From Abditibacteriaceae bacterium (GTDB taxonomy: Bacteria; Armatimonadota; Abditibacteriia; Abditibacteriales; Abditibacteriaceae): a DNA stretch of 44,271 bases. The DNA lies in NCBI GenBank assembly GCA_031425655.1, contig JANPJS010000186.1, positions 1 to 44,271 on the forward strand, written 5' to 3'. Below are positions 18,504 through 26,365 of this stretch, one piece after another (the first letter of the stretch is position 1; the number at the start of each line of letters is the position of its first letter). The notes below the pieces were generated by a model, which was not told where the DNA came from, searched no databases, and saw only the letters and a list, made by a program, of their open reading frames with translations. The position numbers and the translations under genes are program-made.

Positions 18504-19727
18504 TTAACTTTTCACGAGAGCGGCACTCCGCGGCCAGCGCGTGGTAAACGTCGTGCCGTTTTTGTCCGATTCGAGCGAAATGCCGCCGCCGTGCGCGCTC
18601 AGAATCTCGCGCGCGATATAAAGTCCCAGTCCCAGACCATCGTCGCCCGATTTTTCATCCAATTGCGAGGCGCGTCGAAACGGGTCGAAAATCGCTTCTT
18701 GCACTGCGGCGGGAATGGCCGGGCCGGCGTTGTGAATGGCGACCGTAACGTATTCGTCGTCATTTCGCACCGTGATTCCGACCGGTGAATCCGCGTCGCC
18801 GTAACGCAGCGCGTTGGAAACCAGATTGGAAACGACTTGCGCGGCGCGGGGCGCGTCGAATTCGCCGCGCGCGTCGTGAGCCGCAATGAGTTCCAGCGCG
18901 CGATGAGAATGCTGCACGCGCAATTCGCCGATGACGTGGCGACAGATTTCATTCATGTTCGCCGGAGCTGGGGAAACGGGAATGCCGCCGCCCAAACGAC
19001 CTCGCGTGAGATCAAGCGTTTCGCCGATCATGTGCGACATTCGCTGGGCGCTGCTTGCCATCAATGCGGCCATTTGAGCGTTTGGCGGGGATAAATCAGG
19101 GTCGCGCTGCAGAGCGTCGGCGCCCAATAAAATTGCGTTCAAAGGGCTACGCAAATCGTGGCCCAAAATGCCGATGAAACGCTCGCGGATGCGGCCCATT
19201 TCGCGCGTGGCGCGCAGTTCTTCATCGAGTTTTCGCCCTTGATCCTCGGCTTCCAATTGAAACGCGATCAGGTTTGCCAGCAAATGAAAAATTTGCAGAT
19301 GTGATTTATTGAGTTGCGTCGGACGCGAGTCAAGAGCGCACAGCGTCCCGAAATAGGATTGGTCGCGGCGGAACATCGGCACCGCGATATAACTTTCGAT
19401 GCCGAACACTTTGAGACCGGGATGGTTGCAAAAATCGGGTTCTTCGCTAGCTTTATTGATGATAAACGGCGCGACCGCGCCGCCAACATCCTGTCAGTAA
19501 GTGTTGGCGAGTTCCAGATTGTCGCCGGGTTTGAGTCCGAAGTCAGCCTCGTCTAAGACAGCGCAGGCCGTCCACGAATCAGCAGTAACACGGGCAACTA
19601 AAGCGATGCGCAGGCCGGTTGTCTCGCTTAAGACACGCAAGATCATCTCGATGCCCTGAATACGGCTGATGGCTTCTAAATCGTGCGTGATGTTGGTGTT
19701 TTGGGAGCCGGGTTCTGGATTGTTCAT
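18504..19727 (-). CDS. GAF-domain sensor histidine kinase with an in-frame UGA at codon 78 (putative selenocysteine), 407 aa
   Basis: ORFs 19494-19727 and 18504-19409 are in one frame separated only by TGA at 19494-19496: ...WTACAVLDEADFGLKPGDNLELANTY-UGA-QDVGGAVAPFIINKASEEPDFCNHPGLKVFGIESYIAVP...FGTLCALD. H-box 'LGHDLRSPL', N-box 'NLVSNALRYG', G2 'GLGLGLYI'. Confidence 0.8.
19461..19490 (-). promoter_or_regulatory. Putative bacterial SECIS element
   Basis: 3 nt after the UGA: GAUG-(UU bulge)-GGCGGCGC-[GGUC]-GCGCCGUU-UAUC hairpin, with 17 nt between the UGA and the G-leading apical loop. Confidence 0.65.
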
Positions 19728-19767
19728 GGGCGAGAAGTCGATGCTATCTTTTCACGATGCAGTGCTG

Positions 19768-20379
19768 TCAGATATTGCGCCGTTCGGGACGCACTTCACG
19801 CACCAAATGACCCAATTCGGGCGCGATGAGCTTTTCCATCGCCAATCGCACGGCATTCGTGCTGCCGGGCAGCACGAAAAGCAGCGTGCGTCCCATAACT
19901 CCGGCAAAAGCGCGCGAGAGCATCGTGGCCGCGCCGACTTCCTGAAAGCTGAGCACGCGGAAAACTTCACCGAAACCGGGCATTTCCTTAGTCAGCAACG
20001 GTTTTAAGGCTTCGGGTGTCACGTCGCGCTCGCCGATGCCGCTGCCGCCCGTTACGACCACGACTTCGGGGTCGCGGATGCCTTCGCTGGCGTCGCGCAC
20101 GGCTTGCGCGATCTCGGCCTTTTCGTCGCGCACGATGCGCGAGCCGACGATTTCGTGGCCGTTGGCGAGCAGAATTTCTCGAATCAAAGCGCCGCCGCGA
20201 TCATCGGCGTCCGTGCGCGTGTCGCTGACCGTCAGCACAAAGCAGCGCACCGAATTCGGCGCCTGCGCGCGATGTTCTTCGGTCGAGGCCGAAGCGTGCC
20301 CGCTTTCTAAATCGGGGCGCACTGGCAAGTTATTGTCGAGTTTCTGGTTGCTCGCCTGATTATCGGGATGTTGGGACAT
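19768..20379 (-). CDS. moaB: Molybdenum cofactor biosynthesis protein B (MoaB/MogA family)
   Basis: 'VLTVSDTR...D..G', 'TGGSGIGERDVTPEA', 'MPGFGEVFR', 'LSRAFAG...LPGSTNAV'. Confidence 0.92.
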   Translation of the reverse strand: MSQHPDNQASNQKLDNNLPVRPDLESGHASASTEEHRAQAPNSVRCFVLTVSDTRTDADDRGGALIREILLANGHEIVGSRIVRDEKAEIAQAVRDASEGIRDPEVVVVTGGSGIGERDVTPEALKPLLTKEMPGFGEVFRVLSFQEVGAATMLSRAFAGVMGRTLLFVLPGSTNAVRLAMEKLIAPELGHLVREVRPERRNI

Positions 20380-20395
20380 GATGTTGAATTCGGCC

Positions 20396-20707
20396 TTATT
20401 TCATCTGCCGTTGCATATCTTCGATGGCGTCTTTGGCTTCTCGAAGGCCCAAACCGGTGCGCTGGCGGTAGATTTTGATGGCTTCGATCTTCTGACCACG
20501 TCGCAGCAAATCTTGAATCTCGTCACCATCAGACGAAGTGGTTGAGCTAAAGGCCGATTCAAACGGCGACGGCGGCGCGTTGTTGAAATCGCCAACGCTG
20601 TTTTTGCCGCTACTGCCGGAATTGCGCCGCGACATGATGAAAAATACGACGCCGACCATGACAATCATGTCCAGAATGACAAAGGCGACGACAATCGTGG
20701 TATTCAT
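20396..20707 (-). CDS. Small membrane protein with a ribosomal L7/L12 C-terminal-like domain
   Basis: N-terminal TM helix and 'GQKIEAIKIYRQRTGLGLREAKDAIE'. Confidence 0.75.
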   Translation of the reverse strand: MNTTIVVAFVILDMIVMVGVVFFIMSRRNSGSSGKNSVGDFNNAPPSPFESAFSSTTSSDGDEIQDLLRRGQKIEAIKIYRQRTGLGLREAKDAIEDMQRQMK

Positions 20708-20721
20708 GAAATCTCCTTTTG

Positions 20722-20873
20722 ATTTAACCGCGGATGAATCCGCCCAAAGGGCACCCGATAAACGCAGATGAAATTTAAATTGAACGCTTTGAAAAGCGAG
20801 AAGGCATTGACATCTAAAGGTTTTTATCCGCGTTTATCGGGTGCCCTTTGGGCGGATTCATCCGCGGTTAAAT
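20722..20873. repeat. Long intergenic inverted repeat (REP/MITE-like)
   Basis: ATTTAACCGCGGATGAATCCGCCCAAAGGGCACCCGATAAACGC ... GCGTTTATCGGGTGCCCTTTGGGCGGATTCATCCGCGGTTAAAT. Confidence 0.85.
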
Positions 20874-20874
20874 T

Positions 20875-22815
20875 TCACCGCGAGGCGTATTCGCGCTCGA
20901 ACTTTTTATCGAGTTCCAATGTGGAAATTTTAATCAGAATTGGCTGGCCGTGCGGGCAAATGCCGGGATTGGGCACGGTCATCAAATCTTCGATGAGTTG
21001 CTGAATCTGCTCGTTTTGCAGCGGGTCGCCGGCTTTGATGGCGTTTTTGCACGACAGCATCGTTAATAACTGGCGGCGCTTTTCTTGAAGCGTGCGACCA
21101 AGAGCGCGGCCATCGCCGGAAATCATTTCATCTATCAAATCGCCGAACGCGGTTTGATAATCGCCGTGTGCTACCAACATTGGCACCGCTCGCACCAAAA
21201 CCGACGAGCCGCCAAATGATTCGACCTCGAACCCTAAATCGGCCAAAAGCGCCGCGTTTTCTTCAATCGCCGAGGCCGCGCGCGGGCCGATTTCCATGGT
21301 AAATGGAATGACTAAACGCTGCGATTCGACAGCGCGGCCTTCGGCATTTGCGATGGCGCGGTCGGCCAAAATGCGCTCGTGCGCGCGATGCTGGCACACG
21401 ATGTAAAGCCCGTCTTCGGCCTCGCATAGAATGTAAGCGTTGTTGGAAATTTGCGCTAAAGGCCGCAATTTCAGCGTCTTTTCTTCAACCGGCGACGGCG
21501 CGAAATCGGGAAAAAGAGGCTGGGGGCCGGAGGCTGGAGGCTGGGAAAACGGCGTGGCACTGCCGATTTGGTTTTGATACGCTTCGCGGAAGCCGCCCAC
21601 ATCGCCGCCGCGCGGCGCGACCGGCTGCGAAAACCCGCGATAATCGGGCGGCTGGAGGCTGGAGGCTGGAGGCTGGGAACCGCCTTCTGCGCCTTGCCTC
21701 CTGCCGTCTGCCGTCTGCCCGCTGTTTCCAGCCTCCAGTCCCAAGTCTCCAGCCTCCGCGCCAGCAGGCGCTATGGCGCGCGGCGCGAAGTTCCAATCGG
21801 GCGTAAGCTGCGCGGCGGCTAAGGTTTCGCGCACCGCGATGCGCACGGCGTGATGCACTTCCCATTCGCGCGCGAAACGCACTTCGCTTTTGGTCGGATG
21901 CACGTTCACGTCCACAGCGCCGGGCGGCAGTTGCACGAAAATCACGGTAATCGGAAAGCGGCCCGCGCCGTGCAAAAGCCCTTCGTAGGCCGCAGAAACT
22001 GCGTGCTGCATGGTGCGGCTCTTGATAACGCGCCCATTAATGTAGAAAATCTGCGAGTTGCGGTTGCCGCGCGTCATTTGCGGGCGGCCCACGAAGCCCG
22101 TGACTTTGATCGAAGAGGTTTCAGCTTCGGACGACGGCGCGAGAGGCAACATTTGGCGCGCGGTTTCGCTGCCCATCACGCAAACCACGGCGTTGAAGGC
22201 GCTGCCTCCGGCCTCGACGCGCAGCAATTCGTTGCCGTTGTGACGCAAGCGGAACGCCACGTTGGGATACGCCAAAGCCAGATGGCCTACCATTTCGGCG
22301 ATGCGCGCGGCTTCGGCGGAATCGCTTTTGAGGAATTTAAAACGCGCGGGCGTGTTGAAAAACAAGTTGCGGATCACGATTTCGGTGCCCGGCGAGCAGC
22401 CGGTTTCCGAAACGTCGGTCACCACGCCGCCTTCGACGGTGATGCGCGTGCCGGCTTCGGCATCGCTTTCGCGCGTGATCATTTCGAGGCGCGAAACCGC
22501 AGCGATAGAGGGCATGGCTTCGCCGCGAAAACCGAGCGTGTGAATCGCCCACAAATCTTCGGCCTCGCGCAGCTTGGAAGTGGCGTGGCGTTGCAGCGAA
22601 AGCACGGCATCGGACGAGTTCATGCCTTGTCCATCGTCACGCACGCGGATGAGTTTTTTGCCGCCGTCTTCGATGTCTATATTGATGCGCGTGGCACCGG
22701 CATCGAGAGAGTTTTCGACCAGTTCCTTGACGGCGTTGGCCGGGCGTTCGAGCACTTCGCCGGCGGCGATTTGGTTGGCAATTTCGGGTTCGAGTTTACG
22801 GATGCGGTTCGTCAC
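20875..22815 (-). CDS. mutL: DNA mismatch repair protein MutL
   Basis: 'NQIAAGEVLERPANAVKELVENSLDAGA', 'TLGFRGEAM', 'DVNVHPTKSEVRF', C-terminal 'SCKNAIKAG...CPHGQP'. Confidence 0.98.
   Translation of the reverse strand: MTNRIRKLEPEIANQIAAGEVLERPANAVKELVENSLDAGATRINIDIEDGGKKLIRVRDDGQGMNSSDAVLSLQRHATSKLREAEDLWAIHTLGFRGEAMPSIAAVSRLEMITRESDAEAGTRITVEGGVVTDVSETGCSPGTEIVIRNLFFNTPARFKFLKSDSAEAARIAEMVGHLALAYPNVAFRLRHNGNELLRVEAGGSAFNAVVCVMGSETARQMLPLAPSSEAETSSIKVTGFVGRPQMTRGNRNSQIFYINGRVIKSRTMQHAVSAAYEGLLHGAGRFPITVIFVQLPPGAVDVNVHPTKSEVRFAREWEVHHAVRIAVRETLAAAQLTPDWNFAPRAIAPAGAEAGDLGLEAGNSGQTADGRRQGAEGGSQPPASSLQPPDYRGFSQPVAPRGGDVGGFREAYQNQIGSATPFSQPPASGPQPLFPDFAPSPVEEKTLKLRPLAQISNNAYILCEAEDGLYIVCQHRAHERILADRAIANAEGRAVESQRLVIPFTMEIGPRAASAIEENAALLADLGFEVESFGGSSVLVRAVPMLVAHGDYQTAFGDLIDEMISGDGRALGRTLQEKRRQLLTMLSCKNAIKAGDPLQNEQIQQLIEDLMTVPNPGICPHGQPILIKISTLELDKKFEREYASR
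21515..21757. repeat. Heptamer repeat tracts inside the mutL linker
   Basis: GGAGGCT x2 (21529-21542) and x3 (21654-21674) plus degenerate units, with inverted copies (CCAGCCTCC) at about 21728-21757. Confidence 0.8.
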
Positions 22816-22915
22816 GTTTTAAGTTTATCAGCGTCGTATTGGTTGCCCCGGTGCGGCTGTGCTTTTAAACTGCTGCCGTCCCGGCGGGCCAGAGTGAAGA
22901 ATATTCTGGAACATC

Positions 22916-23389
22916 ATGGCGCGAATCGAGGAGAAGACTGTGGAAGCACAAAGTTCCACCCCACCGGCGGCGTCTGCGCCAGTGACGGTGGTCAAAGAGC
23001 ATCGCACCGTGCCGGGCGAAGCGATGCGCTCAGGACGTATTTGGCGGCGCACCGCGCGCTGGCTGGGCCTGTTGGTTTTTTTGGTCGGCGCGTTTTTGTT
23101 GGGTTACGTGTTCCGCGAGGCGTGGTATGGTTACGTTCGCTTCGCAACGCCCAATTTTTTCGAGAATTCGTTCAGCGCGCAGTTAGGAAAGTTCGCTAAA
23201 GGTGATTACGCCGCGCAAATCGGCTTCGTCGTTTACACCTTCGGCGGCGAAATCCTGAAGGTGTTTTACCTGTTGTTGCTGGGTTATTTGGGTTCGGCGA
23301 TTGCCGCCAAAGGCATTCAGTTCTTCGCGGCGTCGGAAGCTGTGATTGATGAAGCCGTCGTCGCCGATGTGGACGAAGAAATTAATTAA
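22916..23389 (+). CDS. Hypothetical membrane protein
   Basis: Two hydrophobic segments and host-like codon usage; divergent from mutL. Confidence 0.7.
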   Translation: MARIEEKTVEAQSSTPPAASAPVTVVKEHRTVPGEAMRSGRIWRRTARWLGLLVFLVGAFLLGYVFREAWYGYVRFATPNFFENSFSAQLGKFAKGDYAAQIGFVVYTFGGEILKVFYLLLLGYLGSAIAAKGIQFFAASEAVIDEAVVADVDEEIN

Positions 23390-23449
23390 GCCGGGCCAAT
23401 TTCGCATAAGCAAAGAGCGGGGCATGGTTCGCCATGCCCCGTTTGTTAA

Positions 23450-26347
23450 GTGGAAAGACCCGGCGGATTCAGCCGGATAAGATTGTTAGAGGAGCCTATC
23501 GTCTTTGTGAAGCCGCACCGATTGTCGCACATCATCCGCGAAATTTTCGCCATAGCCGTTGTAACCCTGATGCCCGCAGCCGCGTTTTTGAGCGTGGCCG
23601 GCGCGGCTCGTGCCGCCACGCCTCAAATCGAAAAAGTAGCGCTTCCCACGGCGTTTAAGGCCGATAAAACGCCGCTGCTCGACCCCAATCTGACGCCGTA
23701 TCCGCGTTCGGCTTTAGCTTCGTTCGAAGATTTATTGGACGCGCCCGCCGGCAAACACGGCTTTTTGGCGACCAAAGGCGAGCATTTTTACTGGCCAAAC
23801 GGTCGTCGCGCGCGGTTTTGGGGCATCAACGTCGCCAATACTTCGCTTCAGGAATCCGAAGCCGACATTGATGCGATGATCGAAAATTTTCGCACCGCCG
23901 GATTCAATTTGCTGCGATTGCATCACTTCGACGAGCGCGGCGGCATTATTGACCTGACTCGCAACGATTCGCGCCATTTCGACGAGGCGCGCGTGAAAAA
24001 GCTCGATTACTGGATTTTCAAAGCGAAGCAGGCCGGAATCTACGTTTATCTCGATTTGCTCGATTATCGGCGCTTCAAAGCCGGCGACGGCGTGGAAAAT
24101 CCCGAAGGCATCGGACGCGCCGCGCGGCCTTATGCGCTCTTCGACCCGCGCCTCATCGAGTTGCAAAAAGAATACGCCTTCAAGTTGCTCAAAGAGCACG
24201 TTAATTCGTATACAGGCCTGTCTTACGCCAATGATCCGGCCATCGTAATGCTGGAAATTTGCGATGAATCGGGCCTTTTCATGCGCCGCCAGGTGTGGCG
24301 CGAAATGCCCGAACCGTATAACACGCGCTTCCGCAAAATGTGGAACGACTGGCTGAAAGCGCGCTACAACAACACGCAGCGTTTGGCGGCGGCGTGGACG
24401 GACGTTAGCGGAAAATCGGCGCTTTTTAGCAACGAATCGCTGGAAAACGGCACCGTCGAACTGCCTGCGATGTCGTGGGAACCGAAGCTGATAGAAGCCT
24501 CGCAGCGGCCCTACGCAGCCGTAGCCCGCCGCAGCGACGGCGCCCGCTTCGCTTACGAAATCCACCGCAAATTCTATCGGGAAATGCATGGTTACCTGCG
24601 CTCGATTGGCGTAAGAATTCCGATTTCATCTACGGGGCGCTTTGAAGATTTAGCCGACATGAAATCCATCAGCGAAGAACTTGATTTCATCGGCACCAAC
24701 TTTTACTACGATCACCCGTATTGGCCGTCGAGCAAGCCGGCGTGGCAGCCGCCCTCGTATTTTCACAATCACAACCCGATGGAAGATATTGACGAACGCT
24801 CGATGGCCGCAGCGGTCAGTCTGGCGCGCGTTAAAGGGCGGCCTTTGGTGGTGCGCGAGTGGAACTATTGCTGGCCGAATCGCAATCGGGCGACGGGCAT
24901 CATCGAAGCGGCCAGCTTCGCGGCTTTGCACGATTTGGACGCGATGATCCTTTTCGTTTACGAAACCAGACCGACCGCGCGCGTTTCGTATTTCAACGTG
25001 CGTTCCGACCCGTCGCGCTGGGGACTTTGCGGCGTTGGGGCGCGCATCTTTTTGAAGTATTTAGTGCAGCCGAGTTTGCACAAAATCGTGGTGCCCTACG
25101 GCCAGACGGATGTGTTCACTTACACGCGCTACCATCAGCCGTTTTACGCGCTGGGCTGGGCCACGCGCATGGAAAACGATTTCTTCGACGGCGACGTTTA
25201 TAAAGCCAAACCGGGCGACGGCACCAGTTTGATTGTGACGCCGGGGCGCAGCGGCGTCGGACGTTATGAAGGCGCACCCGCCGTGCTGCACAGCGAAGAT
25301 TTGCGCTACGACACCAGCGGGAAAATCAACGCCGCGCCGGATTATCTCAAAGAATACAATTTGTTCGTCAAACCGGCGCAGGAGGTAAATTTCGCCTACG
25401 ACGGCCTGCTTTACAACGAGCGTGACACACGAACGCGCAAGATTAATTTTGGCCTACCCTTAAACGCGGTGCGCGCGGCGGGCTACCGGCCCATTGGCGC
25501 CAATACCGATCTGGATTTGACCAACGGCTTCGTGGATATGGCGAAGCAGCGATTCGTCTTTGGCGCTTTGGAACCGAAGGATGTGCAACGCGCCGCACTG
25601 GACGCCTTGCAGCTTTTTCACGGTGTTCCCAACGCGCATGACGCCAATGAAAACAGTGTTTTTCGCTCTGATACCAACGAAATGATGCGCGATTCTTCCA
25701 AAGGACGCCTCGTCGTTTCGGCGCCGGAGTTTCAAGCCTTGTGCGGCAACGTGGTCGGCGTGGCGGGCATGGCGAACGGCCTGAACGTGCGCAATCTGCG
25801 CAGCGGAACGCTGATCGCGTTGTCGTTGGATGGGCGCCCGCTTGTGGAAAGCCGCCGTTTTATGATAAAAATGGTCACTGACGCCCGCAATAAAGACGAA
25901 ATCGCCGGCCCCGACACGCGCCTTTCCAGCAAGACTGGAAAACCGATTGTTGTTCCCAATCAATGGCGCATGGATGTCTTGGGCGAAGGCCCGGTGACCA
26001 CGTTCGGCAAAGCCTCGACGACACCGGTGCAAATTTTCATCGGCAAGCGCCATCTGCTCGACGTTTTCTTAGAGCGCGGCAGCTTTGAATTGCTGGTAGA
26101 CGGCGACGATCAGAAATTTTATTCGGACACGCCGGGCACGCGCTTCGCGTTGCACAACAGGCCCAGCGCAGCCGTGGCGAAAACCGCGCCGGGCACCACG
26201 AAAACGACGAGTCGCGTGGCCACAACGCCGGTTTACCAGCAAATTTGGCCGGACGGCACGATCCGTCCTTTGAACGCGGTTTCGACAGGCGGCGCGACAT
26301 TCGTGGCGTTTCCACAAAACGCCGCTCTGGTGCAGGCGAATAGATAA
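23450..26347 (+). CDS. Secreted clan GH-A (GH5-like) glycoside hydrolase
   Basis: 'RARFWGINV', 'GFNLLRLHHFD', 'GIYVYLDLL', 'NSYTGLSYANDPAIVMLEICDE', 'PLVVREWNY'. The start codon is uncertain. Confidence 0.7.
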   Translation: MERPGGFSRIRLLEEPIVFVKPHRLSHIIREIFAIAVVTLMPAAAFLSVAGAARAATPQIEKVALPTAFKADKTPLLDPNLTPYPRSALASFEDLLDAPAGKHGFLATKGEHFYWPNGRRARFWGINVANTSLQESEADIDAMIENFRTAGFNLLRLHHFDERGGIIDLTRNDSRHFDEARVKKLDYWIFKAKQAGIYVYLDLLDYRRFKAGDGVENPEGIGRAARPYALFDPRLIELQKEYAFKLLKEHVNSYTGLSYANDPAIVMLEICDESGLFMRRQVWREMPEPYNTRFRKMWNDWLKARYNNTQRLAAAWTDVSGKSALFSNESLENGTVELPAMSWEPKLIEASQRPYAAVARRSDGARFAYEIHRKFYREMHGYLRSIGVRIPISSTGRFEDLADMKSISEELDFIGTNFYYDHPYWPSSKPAWQPPSYFHNHNPMEDIDERSMAAAVSLARVKGRPLVVREWNYCWPNRNRATGIIEAASFAALHDLDAMILFVYETRPTARVSYFNVRSDPSRWGLCGVGARIFLKYLVQPSLHKIVVPYGQTDVFTYTRYHQPFYALGWATRMENDFFDGDVYKAKPGDGTSLIVTPGRSGVGRYEGAPAVLHSEDLRYDTSGKINAAPDYLKEYNLFVKPAQEVNFAYDGLLYNERDTRTRKINFGLPLNAVRAAGYRPIGANTDLDLTNGFVDMAKQRFVFGALEPKDVQRAALDALQLFHGVPNAHDANENSVFRSDTNEMMRDSSKGRLVVSAPEFQALCGNVVGVAGMANGLNVRNLRSGTLIALSLDGRPLVESRRFMIKMVTDARNKDEIAGPDTRLSSKTGKPIVVPNQWRMDVLGEGPVTTFGKASTTPVQIFIGKRHLLDVFLERGSFELLVDGDDQKFYSDTPGTRFALHNRPSAAVAKTAPGTTKTTSRVATTPVYQQIWPDGTIRPLNAVSTGGATFVAFPQNAALVQANR

Positions 26348-26365
26348 ACGGTTTCAGGAGAACAT

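Noticed and set aside
18504..19727. UGA as Trp/Gly (alternative genetic code)
   Set aside because: Many genes in the window end in TGA and Trp is encoded by TGG, so genome-wide reassignment is excluded. A simple nonsense mutation is not excluded.
21850..23199. 449-aa plus-strand ORF
   Set aside because: Antisense shadow of mutL overlapping the real 22916 gene; no protein motifs, typical of GC-rich DNA.
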